From UHGV virus genome UHGV-0121369: 25,410 nt of DNA, one strand, 5' to 3'. The notes under the pieces are model-generated. The model did no database searches. It saw only the letters and a program-made list of their open reading frames with translations, and was not told the DNA's origin. Positions 7,978 through 16,714 of the stretch are shown here, piece by piece. The DNA is from a virus. Position 1 is the stretch's first letter, and every line of letters begins with the position of its first letter. The position numbers were made by a program, and so were the translations under genes.

Positions 7978-8754
7978 CTACAGCAATACCGAGTACCAGA
8001 AGAGACGGCCAATTATCTCGACATCATCAATATCAGCCTCTTCGTCTGGGTAGGAGTCGTTGTTGTAACTGCGGATGATCAGCTTCCCACCTGGCTTACG
8101 ATACAGCTGTTTAATGCGCTTGAGTTGACCATTCCCGCCATCTGTCTGACCAATGGCATACAGTTTCCCATCAACTATGCGTTTGTTGTTCGTATCGACG
8201 GCTACAGTCGTACCATCCGGTATCACAGGTTCCATGCTGTCGCCAGTAGCAGGGAAACACAGGATGCCAGACCCATCTGTGTTAGCTCCAACGCGGCGGA
8301 GGGTTGCCTTTGAGAACCTGAGCTTAAAACCATTGTGATCTTCGCTGTGTACGCGTCCATCGCCACACGCAAATTCAATATCCTTAAGAAACGGCACTTC
8401 AACCTCGTCAGCAGGAAGCGGTGTGTTTTTATCCCAGGCGTCAACAGTTCCCCATTCAGATTCTGGAGGGATAGATGACTCCCTACGCAGTTCAGGTTCG
8501 GGATCATTCCTTCCGTATTCAAGCCACTCAGGCCGTACCCCAAGCCAGCGGCTAAGGGCAAGGATATTGGTTTGGTCTGGTATCGCTGATGCGTTAAGCC
8601 ATTTCCAGATCCCGGGCTCAGATACAGTAATTCCTTGGGACTTCATAGCCTCTCTGATCCTACCAGCCTGCCCACGACCACCAACGCCAGCATCAAGCAA
8701 TGCAGCGCGAAGTCTTTTCGAGAATTCTTCTTTTAAATCGTCTTTTTTAACCAT
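7978..8754 (-). CDS. cI: CI-like prophage repressor (HTH plus S24 LexA-type peptidase domain)
   Basis: 258 aa; N-terminal HTH region; C-terminal S24 motifs (FPATGDSMEP with the Ser, ...LKRIKQL with the Lys); no SD, and a GATAAT hexamer sits 6 nt upstream of the ATG, consistent with a leaderless pRM-type transcript. Confidence 0.88.
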   Translation of the reverse strand: MVKKDDLKEEFSKRLRAALLDAGVGGRGQAGRIREAMKSQGITVSEPGIWKWLNASAIPDQTNILALSRWLGVRPEWLEYGRNDPEPELRRESSIPPESEWGTVDAWDKNTPLPADEVEVPFLKDIEFACGDGRVHSEDHNGFKLRFSKATLRRVGANTDGSGILCFPATGDSMEPVIPDGTTVAVDTNNKRIVDGKLYAIGQTDGGNGQLKRIKQLYRKPGGKLIIRSYNNDSYPDEEADIDDVEIIGRLFWYSVLL

Positions 8755-8838
8755 TCGTTAATTATCAATTAGAGTTGACATAACTGTCAGTTAAGATATA
8801 ACCTTAACTCGTAGTTAATATAGTTAACGGAAAACACT
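8755..8838. promoter_or_regulatory. Immunity switch: divergent pR/pRM with three overlapping operator palindromes
   Basis: Plus strand: TTGACA (8775-8780) then TATAAC-like -10. Palindromes TAAC-tgtca-GTTA (8781-8793), TTAAC-tcgta-GTTAA (8804-8818), GTTAA-tatag-TTAAC (8814-8828). Confidence 0.6.
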
Positions 8839-9084
8839 ATGAACCCAATGCAATTTGCAATCGAAGCTGTAGGCGGTCAAACCGCTGCTGCTCGCCTGTG
8901 TGGCCTATCGAACGTTGCTATTCACAAGTGGGTGAAGAACGCGGCGCTGCCTCGTACTGAGTACACAGAGAAAACCAACTATTCGCAGCTTTTGGCTGAC
9001 GCATCAAATGGGCAGTTTACGGCTGAATGGCTCCGTCAAGCAGCTAACCCTGACCGAATTAAACAAGATTCACATGCCGCCTGA
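8839..9084 (+). CDS. cro: Cro-like HTH regulator
   Basis: 81 aa, first gene rightward from the operator region; HTH segment QTAAARLCGLSNVAIHKW. Confidence 0.7.
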   Translation: MNPMQFAIEAVGGQTAAARLCGLSNVAIHKWVKNAALPRTEYTEKTNYSQLLADASNGQFTAEWLRQAANPDRIKQDSHAA

Positions 9085-9124
9085 CCGGCGGCCATAACCA
9101 ATTAAATCAGAGGAATTATCGCAA

Positions 9125-9346
9125 ATGGAGACCTTAACGACACGCAACAAAGCGGAGGCACGACGAATTGAGAGCTGGGTGCAGCGGCAAATCGCAGATC
9201 TTGGGACAACCAGGATCGCCGAAGTAGCTGGCGTGAACAAATCAACCGTAAGCCGGTGGCGGGAGAACCTGGTGCCGAACATGTCGCTGCTGCTCGCCAT
9301 CCTGATTTCTAGCAGGGATGGAGTGAAGGGAGATTTTGAAGCATGA
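9125..9346 (+). CDS. cII: CII-like transcriptional activator
   Basis: 73 aa; RIESWVQRQIADLGTTRIAEVAGVNKSTVSRWRENLVPNMSLLLAIL parallels lambda CII (RIESALLNKIAMLGTEKTAEAVGVDKSQISRW...FSMLLAVL). Confidence 0.75.
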   Translation: METLTTRNKAEARRIESWVQRQIADLGTTRIAEVAGVNKSTVSRWRENLVPNMSLLLAILISSRDGVKGDFEA

Positions 9347-9428
9347 ACGCAGAAAGGGCAAAAGCCGCGGTGCTGGAACACCAACGGCTTTCAGGTGGAA
9401 TTAACTGGATCAATTCACAGGAGCAATT

Positions 9429-10283
9429 ATGGCAAACACTGCCGAAGTAATCAATTTCCCTGTGCCTGACGTGGCACCTAAGGAGCCGCGCGTGGCAGAT
9501 CTTGATGATGGCTATACGCGCATCGCCAATGAACTTCTGGAGGCTGTCATGCTGGCTGGATTGTCTCAGCATCAGCTGCTGGTCTTCATGGCAGTAATGC
9601 GCAAAACATACGGTTTCAACAAAAAGGCGGACTGGGTAAGCAATGATCAGTTATCTGCCCTGACCGGAATCCTCCCACACAAATGCTCTGCGGCTAAAAG
9701 TGCGTTAGTCAGGCGCGGGGTGTTTACCCAAATCGGGCGAACTGTGGGCATTAACAAATCGGTCAGCGAATGGGTGAAATTACCCAAATCAGGTAACGAA
9801 AACAAAGTTTACCTGAAAGAGGTAAATTTACCCGAATCAGGTAAGAAATGTTTACCCGAATCAGGTAACGACACTTACCCAAATCAGGTAAACACAAAAG
9901 ACAAACATACAAAAGACAATAAAGACAATATTAATAAACCCCCTAAATCCCCCAAACCGGCTTCGTTCGATCCGGCTGCTGTTGACCTTCCTGAATGGCT
10001 GTCAGTCTCAGTCTGGAAGTCATGGGTCGATTATCGTCGTGACCTGAAAAAACCGATCAAGTCTCAGCAAACGGTTACCCAGGCCATCAACCTGCTCGAG
10101 CGTTGCAAGTGCAGCGGATATCAGCCTGAAGAAATCATCAACCAGAGCATTGCGAACGGCTGGCAGGGATTGTTTGAACCGAAAGGCATCAAGCAGCCAG
10201 CCCGCAATCAGACTCGCGTATCCGAGAACTTCGCTGGCAAGGACTACGGCCAGACTGAAATCCCATCATGGGCGAGGGACTGA
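9429..10283 (+). CDS. Replication initiator (lambda O-like) with origin inside the gene
   Basis: 284 aa; SD AGGAG 6 nt before ATG; basic N-terminal domain, central linker encoded by the iteron array, C-terminal domain; followed with a 2-nt gap by the helicase-loader gene. Confidence 0.8.
   Translation: MANTAEVINFPVPDVAPKEPRVADLDDGYTRIANELLEAVMLAGLSQHQLLVFMAVMRKTYGFNKKADWVSNDQLSALTGILPHKCSAAKSALVRRGVFTQIGRTVGINKSVSEWVKLPKSGNENKVYLKEVNLPESGKKCLPESGNDTYPNQVNTKDKHTKDNKDNINKPPKSPKPASFDPAAVDLPEWLSVSVWKSWVDYRRDLKKPIKSQQTVTQAINLLERCKCSGYQPEEIINQSIANGWQGLFEPKGIKQPARNQTRVSENFAGKDYGQTEIPSWARD
9780..9950. repeat. Origin of replication: five 17-bp palindromic iterons (TTACCC[A/G]AATCAGGTAA and one variant) followed by an AT-rich tract
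   Basis: Iterons at about 9780-9796, 9809-9825, 9828-9844, 9852-9868, 9875-9891, then an A/T-rich stretch (acaaaagacaaacatacaaaagacaataaagacaatattaataaa); same architecture as lambda ori inside O. Confidence 0.75.
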
Positions 10284-10285
10284 GT

Positions 10286-11140
10286 ATGGAACTGCTCGAA
10301 AAAATCGACGCTATCGAAAAAATGCTGGAAGTCCTTGGTAGACCTCCAGAGCAACTCCCTAACTGCGAGACCGTCTGCGAAACAGTGCTGTGCGAGAAAC
10401 ATGGCGAGTACGAACAGCGTAAACGCGTTCTTACCAGCAGCCTGATAAAACTACCGTCACCGCCGACTCGCTGTCCGGGCTGCCTGCGCGATGAGTTGAC
10501 CTTCCTGTATGCAGAGAAAAAACGCTGGGAAGACCGCGCGCGCCAGCAGAACATCGACCGCCTGCTGCGCCAGCTCGAAATCCCCGAGCGCTTTGTGACG
10601 TGCACGCTGGAAAACTACCAGCCGGTTGGCAAAGAGTCAGAACGCGCGCTGCGTGTTTGCCAGGCTTATGCCGCAAAGTGGCACGAGCGGCTGAAGCAGG
10701 GAGGTGGGCTGGTGATGTGCGGAAAGCCGGGAACCGGTAAAAACCACCTCGCCCTGGCGATCGCCCGCTACGTCATCGAGAACCACCAGAGCCCGGTAAT
10801 TTTCACCACGGCGCTGAAGATTGCCCGTGAGTTCAAATCAACGTGGTCGAAAACAGCGACGCGCTGCGAGAACGACGTGATTTCGCACTTCACCACTCCG
10901 GACCTGCTGATCATCGATGAGGTGGGCGTCCAGTTCGGCAGCGAAGCAGAGAAGCTGATCATGTTCGAAATCATCAACACCCGGTACGAGCGGATGAAGC
11001 CGACCATCCTGATCAGCAACCAGACCAAAGAAGAACTGGCAGCGTTCGTGAGTGAGCGTGTTATTGACCGCATGAGCGACGGAGGCGGATGCACGCTGTC
11101 ATTCACCTGGGATTCTTACCGTTCCAAGGGGGCAGCGTGA
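10286..11140 (+). CDS. DnaC/IstB-like AAA+ helicase loader (replication protein)
   Basis: Walker A GKPGTGKNHLALAIA, Walker B LLIIDEVG; ATG at 10286 preceded by GAGGGA (track ORF begins upstream at 10268, inside the O gene). Confidence 0.85.
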   Translation: MELLEKIDAIEKMLEVLGRPPEQLPNCETVCETVLCEKHGEYEQRKRVLTSSLIKLPSPPTRCPGCLRDELTFLYAEKKRWEDRARQQNIDRLLRQLEIPERFVTCTLENYQPVGKESERALRVCQAYAAKWHERLKQGGGLVMCGKPGTGKNHLALAIARYVIENHQSPVIFTTALKIAREFKSTWSKTATRCENDVISHFTTPDLLIIDEVGVQFGSEAEKLIMFEIINTRYERMKPTILISNQTKEELAAFVSERVIDRMSDGGGCTLSFTWDSYRSKGAA

Positions 11141-11331
11141 AAGCATGCAGCGATGACTATGTCGTTATCAACCAGTATTCGAAAGGGGATGCGGCCTGGA
11201 TAGAGCGCGTTGATACCGATGAAAAGCGAAAAGCACTTTACAAATCGAGTTGGGAAATAGCCGTAATCTCGCTCGCAATCGTTCGTGAATATGGGATCCG
11301 GAGGGTAGGCAATGACCATAACAATCCGTGA
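11137..11331 (+). CDS. Hypothetical small protein (start uncertain)
   Basis: Frame open from 11089; GTG at 11137 overlaps the loader stop (GTGA) with AAGGGGG upstream; no recognised motif. Confidence 0.3.
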   Translation: MKACSDDYVVINQYSKGDAAWIERVDTDEKRKALYKSSWEIAVISLAIVREYGIRRVGNDHNNP

Positions 11332-11656
11332 GCAGGTTCTGGCAGCCCTGCGTAACAACCCAGGGCTGAACAACGCCAAACTGGCAGGGCTTATCGGTAT
11401 GGACACCAAAAAGATATCCGGGACGGTGAGCACGCTCCTGGCCGAGGGCCTGATCAGCTGCGAAGGCAAATATGGCCAGCGGCTTTACAGCCTGACCAGT
11501 TACGGAATGCGCTATGCAGCTGACACAGTACCAGGCAGGAAGATTGGCACGACGAAGTTAATTCAGCGGACGGACACAAACGTGATCTGCCAGGAGTGCC
11601 GGAACAGTCCGGCGATGAGAAGGGTATTGATGGTTTGGGGGAGGGTAGGGGTATGA
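11312..11656 (+). CDS. Hypothetical protein, possible winged-helix DNA-binding fold
   Basis: 114 aa; SD GGAGGGTAGG; N-terminal region (AKLAGLIGMDTKKISGTVSTLLAEGLI) looks like a winged-helix HTH; assignment tentative. Confidence 0.45.
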   Translation: MTITIREQVLAALRNNPGLNNAKLAGLIGMDTKKISGTVSTLLAEGLISCEGKYGQRLYSLTSYGMRYAADTVPGRKIGTTKLIQRTDTNVICQECRNSPAMRRVLMVWGRVGV

Positions 11657-12177
11657 AACAGAAATTTATCGAGTGGTTTACCAAGAACAACAACGGCTGC
11701 TCGCCAGCGATGGAAGACGACAGAAGCTTTGTCTACGAGATGACGCAGCACATGTTCGAAGCCTACCAGGCTGGCGTGGCAGAAGGTGAAGCCAGATGCG
11801 CGACGCTGGCTGCTGAGAATGCGGCTCTGAAGGCTGCGTTTGATAAGCCTCAAGCCTATCTATCCTGGCACGCTATCCCCCCAACATGGGAAGACCCTCT
11901 TCCATGTGGTGAATATCTTGATGTTCATGACGAGGGAGGGCACAAGAATTCCGATGGCACTGATTGCTGGCCGGTATTTGCAAAGCCTGAAATCGAAACC
12001 CCAGGCACCGACACCTTCCTTGCTGAAGTGCGGGCGCAGGAGTCTAAGCGAGTATACGAAAGCATTTTGGACAACCCAGCTGTAACTGATATGGAGTCGC
12101 TCGTTGATTGGCTCGAACAAAACGCCAATGACTCAGTAGCTTTCGCCGCCCAGCTTCGCAAAGGAGTGCAGCAATGA
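11653..12177 (+). CDS. Hypothetical phage protein
   Basis: ATG at 11653 preceded by GGGGAGGGTAGGGG, overlapping the upstream stop (ATGA); track ORF extends upstream to 11596. Confidence 0.5.
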   Translation: MKQKFIEWFTKNNNGCSPAMEDDRSFVYEMTQHMFEAYQAGVAEGEARCATLAAENAALKAAFDKPQAYLSWHAIPPTWEDPLPCGEYLDVHDEGGHKNSDGTDCWPVFAKPEIETPGTDTFLAEVRAQESKRVYESILDNPAVTDMESLVDWLEQNANDSVAFAAQLRKGVQQ

Positions 12178-12404
12178 AACTTAAAATGCACACGCCAGAC
12201 GGATCGGTGATTGTCGAAAGTAACCTGGTAACGCAGTTCTACCCTGATTTTGATAGCGGCGGCGAACTGACCACCATCGAAACGGTATCGCCAACAGGAG
12301 AAACCTTCTCGGTGAAAGTAAAGCACTCGTTTATGCAGGTTACTGGCGCGCTGGCTACCGCCTGGAGCGTTGACGAGAAGAAAGCAGAAGGAGCCGCCCA
12401 ATGA
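12174..12404 (+). CDS. Hypothetical phage protein
   Basis: 76 aa, 4-nt overlaps with neighbours (translationally coupled block). Confidence 0.5.
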   Translation: MKLKMHTPDGSVIVESNLVTQFYPDFDSGGELTTIETVSPTGETFSVKVKHSFMQVTGALATAWSVDEKKAEGAAQ

Positions 12405-12697
12405 GCGACATCAACAAACAGGCTCGCGACAAACTGAAATCAGCCGCAGCAAAAGCAGCTGATAACTTCGACCCGAATATGTTCGTGGAAACTCGCGATG
12501 TGCTGGGGCTGCTGGATGAGCTGGAAGCCGCAGAGAAGCGGATTGCTGAGCTGGAGCGTAAAGAACAGCACAGTGACCGACAGTCAGTAATTGATGCGTT
12601 GGCTAGTTCGGGTGAGGAATGGAGTGATATCGAAGAATACATGCAGAAGTGGGACGCGGAACGCGCCGCCGCAGCCGGGAAAGGAGAGGCGTCATGA
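12401..12697 (+). CDS. Hypothetical phage protein
   Basis: 98 aa, predicted helical, coupled to neighbours. Confidence 0.5.
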   Translation: MSDINKQARDKLKSAAAKAADNFDPNMFVETRDVLGLLDELEAAEKRIAELERKEQHSDRQSVIDALASSGEEWSDIEEYMQKWDAERAAAAGKGEAS

Positions 12698-13188
12698 AAC
12701 CAGCTAACCTGGCACCAGTTTACTGCGCTCTATACCCAGCACTGGCAGAGATAGCCCGTAAGCACGGCTATGCGATGGCTATTCACGGGACAATGGCGCG
12801 TGACTTTGATCTGATTTGCATCCCATGGGTAGAGAACCCATCAAAACCAGAGGAAGTTGTTGCAGAAATCACCGCGACGTATGCAACTACCGATATCACC
12901 AACCCTGGCTACAAGCATCACGGTCGCCTTGCTTACTCAGTGTGCTTTGGATTTGGTGAGTTCTTCGCGGACCTGTCTTTCATGCCTACCGAATCAGCTT
13001 TCAATGACGGTGTAGCTGCTGCCGCGAACTGGGTTGATAAGCAACGCGAGTCATACGACAGCGAGCATGGCCGTACTGATCACGACACCGGAACGTTCGA
13101 GTTTGGGAATGACGTTCAGCGCGACTACTCAGAATCGTTGTTAGATATTGCTGAAGGTATCAGGAATTCCGTGAGGACTAACCCATGA
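12694..13188 (+). CDS. Hypothetical phage protein
   Basis: ATG at 12694 with SD GGAGAGG; 164 aa. Confidence 0.5.
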   Translation: MKPANLAPVYCALYPALAEIARKHGYAMAIHGTMARDFDLICIPWVENPSKPEEVVAEITATYATTDITNPGYKHHGRLAYSVCFGFGEFFADLSFMPTESAFNDGVAAAANWVDKQRESYDSEHGRTDHDTGTFEFGNDVQRDYSESLLDIAEGIRNSVRTNP

Positions 13189-13937
13189 GCCCTATTACCA
13201 AAGAATTCACCAAAGAGCAGTTACAGCAAATTATCGAAACTGACCACGTTCAATGCGGTGAGGCTTCTTCGCTGGCGCGTATCGTGCTGGCATCGCTCGA
13301 AGCGGAACCTGTGGCGTGGCTACTGTCAGGAGGCGGCGCTAAAAACCACGTCAGCTTCGATAGTGGCAATGCTTATGCTGACCCGCTGCGAGAAGTAACG
13401 CCGCTTTACACCGCCCCGCCAGCGCCGGTATCTGTGCCCGCTGCGATGGAAATTGATGATGACTTTGACAGCGCGTTTGAACACGGAAAAGCTGTCGGCT
13501 GGAACGCCTATCGCGCCGCCATGCTTCAGGCCGAACCTGTAAGTAATAGTGATGAGTTACCGCTGGACTATCTGCAAGGACACAAAGACGGCCTGGAGTG
13601 GGCTGCACAATTGGCAGAAGCCAATCATCCGCAAACAGGTGACTGGTTGTACGACGACCAAATCGATCTTGCCAGGGCGATTCGCAAAGGTCCGGATATG
13701 CCTACTGTTCAGGGTGGCAACTCTCCGGTGATTCCTGATGACGTACGCCGCATGGACTGGCTGGTATCGAAAACCGTTGATGTTCGTGAGCCTATGGTTT
13801 ACGGAAGCCATAGCCTTTTCTGGTCGCAGACCATCACGGATGAAGAGGATGATTATCACGCGACTAAATTACGCGAGCAAATCGATGCGGCTATGGCAGC
13901 TGAGCAGGCAGCAGCACCGCAGCAGGAGGCCGAATGA
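13185..13937 (+). CDS. Hypothetical phage protein
   Basis: 250 aa, acidic, coupled to neighbours; no recognised motif. Confidence 0.55.
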   Translation: MSPITKEFTKEQLQQIIETDHVQCGEASSLARIVLASLEAEPVAWLLSGGGAKNHVSFDSGNAYADPLREVTPLYTAPPAPVSVPAAMEIDDDFDSAFEHGKAVGWNAYRAAMLQAEPVSNSDELPLDYLQGHKDGLEWAAQLAEANHPQTGDWLYDDQIDLARAIRKGPDMPTVQGGNSPVIPDDVRRMDWLVSKTVDVREPMVYGSHSLFWSQTITDEEDDYHATKLREQIDAAMAAEQAAAPQQEAE

Positions 13938-14269
13938 ACGATTTCGTTAAGCGAATTCAGCGTCTTGAGGCGGAGCGTGGTAAGACCATCACCACTGAGG
14001 TGGAGCTTGTCTCTTACGTCAAAGAGCGCAGCACTGGAAGCTCTGAGGCTCGTTACTACGTTAAGCACAGCAACCAAAAGACGGTGCTTGAGCAGGGAAT
14101 GGTGATAAACAGAGATGGGTTTGGTAATCATCAAGCCAGCATCATCATCACTGATTTTCCGGGGCAGAAAACTCCGGAAGACGCGGCGCTCAAACTGGCT
14201 GATTGGTTAAAGCGCCTAGGAGAGTCCATCGAGGCTAATTTCAAAAAGCCAGAGGTGGATGATGCCTAA
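13934..14269 (+). CDS. Hypothetical phage protein
   Basis: 111 aa, last gene of the coupled block; followed by a roughly 210-bp intergenic region with a hairpin (CTGCCAG...CTGGCAG around 14338-14364). Confidence 0.55.
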   Translation: MNDFVKRIQRLEAERGKTITTEVELVSYVKERSTGSSEARYYVKHSNQKTVLEQGMVINRDGFGNHQASIIITDFPGQKTPEDAALKLADWLKRLGESIEANFKKPEVDDA

Positions 14270-14482
14270 CCCATTCGACGCATAACTAAACGTCAAGCAA
14301 CGTTTGATAAAACACTATCAACGAGCCATAATAAATCTGCCAGCGGCCTGAACAACCCTGGCAGACTTCTGCGCATTTAAGGGGACTTAAATGCGACCAC
14401 AATATGAACTTCTCACCTTGTCACAGATGCAGAAATGCACCTGCGATTTTCTGCATTCTGCGGTTTCCGTCAAGGAGGCCGT

Positions 14483-14938
14483 ATGATTATCCCCAAAGAC
14501 GGCATCAAGCTACACCGTGGAAATCTTGGTGCTATCACTCAGCATCTGAAGCCACTTCTCGAAAACGGTGAGTGCTTCCGGCTCCAACTCAAAGACTGGC
14601 GCGAGAAGAGAAGCCTTTCACAAAATAGTCTGAGCCACGTTTGGTACAAGGAAATAAGCGACTACCTGATCAAGTCTGGGCGCACTGACGCAACGCCTGC
14701 ATGGGTAAAGCGAAACCTCAAAAAAACTTATCTGGGTTATGAAGAGGTTGAGTACACCGATTTCGTCACCGGAATTAAGACGATTGAATTAGAACTCCGC
14801 CACACGTCCGATCTGGACACTGGCGACATGCACCATTTCATGTGCCAGGTGGAAGGCTGGTGCGCTCAGTTTGGCCTGGTGCTCACAATCCCTCAAAGCA
14901 GCGAATTTCAGGTGCTGCGCGATAAGCAGGAGGCCTGA
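14483..14938 (+). CDS. ninB: NinB-like recombination protein
   Basis: ATG at 14483 preceded by AAGGAGG; central motif KRSLSQNSLSHVWYKEIS resembles lambda NinB (RNRSLDQNRKLWACLGDVS); position before ninE and the phosphatase as in lambda. Confidence 0.6.
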   Translation: MIIPKDGIKLHRGNLGAITQHLKPLLENGECFRLQLKDWREKRSLSQNSLSHVWYKEISDYLIKSGRTDATPAWVKRNLKKTYLGYEEVEYTDFVTGIKTIELELRHTSDLDTGDMHHFMCQVEGWCAQFGLVLTIPQSSEFQVLRDKQEA

Positions 14939-15108
14939 TGTCAACTCCACTTTCCCGCGTCATCACAAACGAAATCTTTCGCGTTCCGGCGCGCCGCAAG
15001 CCTAAGCCCGCGGTTAAGCCGTCCGATATCCCGACCCTGAAAGACTACACCGCCCGCCTGGTGGATCAGAAATGGCTGCGTCTCGCAGCGAGGAGAAAAT
15101 CAGCATGA
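14938..15108 (+). CDS. ninE: NinE-like protein (56 aa), not in the supplied ORF track
   Basis: Hand-translated [56 protein letters not shown]; shares the KPKP...YTA.LWD..WLR..AR signature with lambda NinE as recalled; start and stop overlap neighbours. Confidence 0.6.
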   Translation: MSTPLSRVITNEIFRVPARRKPKPAVKPSDIPTLKDYTARLVDQKWLRLAARRKSA

Positions 15109-15773
15109 GCATGTATCAACGAATTAATGGCGCTGACTGGCGCAATATCTTCGTCGTCGGCGATCTGCATGGGTGCTACACGCTGCTGATGAATGAGCTC
15201 GAAAAGGTTTCGTTCGACCCTGCGCGTGATTTGCTGATCTCGGTTGGTGACCTTGTTGACCGCGGCGCGGAAAACGTCGAGTGCCTGGATCTGATTACTA
15301 TGCCGTGGTTCAGGGCAGTGCGCGGTAACCATGAGCAGATGATGGTTGATGGGCTTTCAGAGCATGGAAACGTCAATCACTGGCTGGTAAACGGTGGCGG
15401 TTGGTTCTTCAATCTCGACTATGACAAAGAAGTGCTGGCTAAGGCTCTGGTTCACAAAGCAGCTGAGCTGCCACTCGTCATCGAGCTGGTTACCGCTGAG
15501 CGTAAAATCGTCATATGCCACGCTGACTATCCGCACAACGAATACGCATTCGATAAGCCAGTACCAGAAGAAATGGTGATCTGGAACCGCGAGCGGGTTA
15601 GCGACGCTCTGGACGGCATTGTATCGCCGATAGCCGGTGCTGATCTGTTTATCTTCGGGCACACTCCAGCTCGCCAGCCCCTGAAGTATGCCAACCAGAT
15701 GTACATCGACACCGGCGCCGTGTTCTGCGGAAACCTCACGCTGGTAAAGGTGCAAGGCGGTGAACATGCGTAA
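15105..15773 (+). CDS. Ser/Thr protein phosphatase (lambda PPase family)
   Basis: Near-identical to lambda phosphatase as recalled ([68 protein letters not shown]); metallophosphatase motifs GDxHG, GDxxDRG, GNHE present. Confidence 0.92.
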   Translation: MSMYQRINGADWRNIFVVGDLHGCYTLLMNELEKVSFDPARDLLISVGDLVDRGAENVECLDLITMPWFRAVRGNHEQMMVDGLSEHGNVNHWLVNGGGWFFNLDYDKEVLAKALVHKAAELPLVIELVTAERKIVICHADYPHNEYAFDKPVPEEMVIWNRERVSDALDGIVSPIAGADLFIFGHTPARQPLKYANQMYIDTGAVFCGNLTLVKVQGGEHA

Positions 15774-16407
15774 ACCATCCCGCCGTAAGTGCAAAGTATG
15801 CGGGGAATACTTCGTGCCGAAATTCTACGACATCCGGATCCGCTGGTGCTGCCCGGAGCACGGCGCAATCCTCGCGATGGAAGAGCGCGAAAAGGAGAAG
15901 GTGAAAGCCGCGGCTAAACGCATTAAGGAGCAGAAAGAGGCCGAGAAAGCAGGGCGCAAACGCCGCAAGGAGCGACTGGCAGAGCTACGTCCTGCCGGTT
16001 ACTACAAAGCTCAGGCTCAGCAGGCTTTCAACGCATACATCCGCGCGCGTGATGCTGATTTGCCATGCATCAGCTGCGGTGAGACCAACCCACCCGATCT
16101 GCATGGCGGACAATGGGACTGCGGGCACTTCAAAACGGTCGGCGCTAATCCTGAACTGCGCTTTGAAGAGCGAAACGCCCATAAGCAGTGCAAATCATGT
16201 AATGCCGGAGCTGGCAAGTACACCGCCAAAGAGGCGACAGTCGCGCAGCAATACGAAGCTGGCCTGGTAGCTCGTTACGGGCGGGAATACGTCGACTGGC
16301 TCAATGGCCCCCACGAAATGACTAACTACCGCCGGGAAGACTTCATCCGGATCCGCGATGAGTACCGCGCCAAGCTCAAATCACTGAAACAGCGGGAGTC
16401 AGCATGA
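15766..16407 (+). CDS. ninG: NinG/Rap-like recombination protein
   Basis: Cys-rich N-terminus (CKVCGEYF...WCCPEHG), basic middle, conserved C-terminal half (CISCGE...DCGHF...KQCKSCN); position after the phosphatase as in lambda. Confidence 0.8.
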   Translation: MRKPSRRKCKVCGEYFVPKFYDIRIRWCCPEHGAILAMEEREKEKVKAAAKRIKEQKEAEKAGRKRRKERLAELRPAGYYKAQAQQAFNAYIRARDADLPCISCGETNPPDLHGGQWDCGHFKTVGANPELRFEERNAHKQCKSCNAGAGKYTAKEATVAQQYEAGLVARYGREYVDWLNGPHEMTNYRREDFIRIRDEYRAKLKSLKQRESA

Positions 16408-16601
16408 TTTACGACCTCAAGCTTCCGCATTGGGCTTCACTGCTTAACTGCCCATTCTGTGGTGGTGAGGCAGAACTGGTCGCCGATGGCGATGGTGTTT
16501 ATGCCGGATGCGCTACCAAGCAGTGCCTGATTAAGCCAATAACAGACACATATCCAACAAAACGAGATGCGATTCGTGCGTGGAATCGGAGGCCATCATG
16601 A
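16404..16601 (+). CDS. Lar-family zinc-ribbon protein (restriction alleviation-like)
   Basis: 65 aa; CPFCGG ... GC..KQC ... RDAIRAWNRRP matches the Lar-type zinc-ribbon pattern as I recall it; SD GGGAG. Confidence 0.55.
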   Translation: MIYDLKLPHWASLLNCPFCGGEAELVADGDGVYAGCATKQCLIKPITDTYPTKRDAIRAWNRRPS

Positions 16602-16714
16602 CCAGAGAGCAGATAGCCAGATACCAGGCCGAAAGCGTTAAGCGCGCCAACCTGCCGCCAATAGCAAAGCACAGCCAGACCAAAACCCACCAGCCACAGA
16701 AGGAAGCCGCATAA
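16598..16714 (+). CDS. Possible small ORF (38 aa) bridging the Lar-like gene and Q
   Basis: ATG overlaps the upstream stop (ATGA), stop overlaps the Q start (TAATG); MTREQIARYQAESVKRANLPPIAKHSQTKTHQPQKEAA; could simply be a coupling spacer. Confidence 0.3.
   Translation: MTREQIARYQAESVKRANLPPIAKHSQTKTHQPQKEAA

Noticed and set aside
9343-9450. 35-aa ORF starting at the cII stop (ATGA) and ending inside the O start region
   Set aside because: Would overlap the well-supported O start with its strong SD; more likely a chance frame, although translational coupling cannot be excluded.
12694-13188. Weak nucleotidyltransferase-like motif (HGTMARDFDL) in the 12694..13188 protein
   Set aside because: Spacing between the G[ST] and DxD elements is far shorter than in Pol-beta-type NTases; a single short motif is insufficient, so left as hypothetical.
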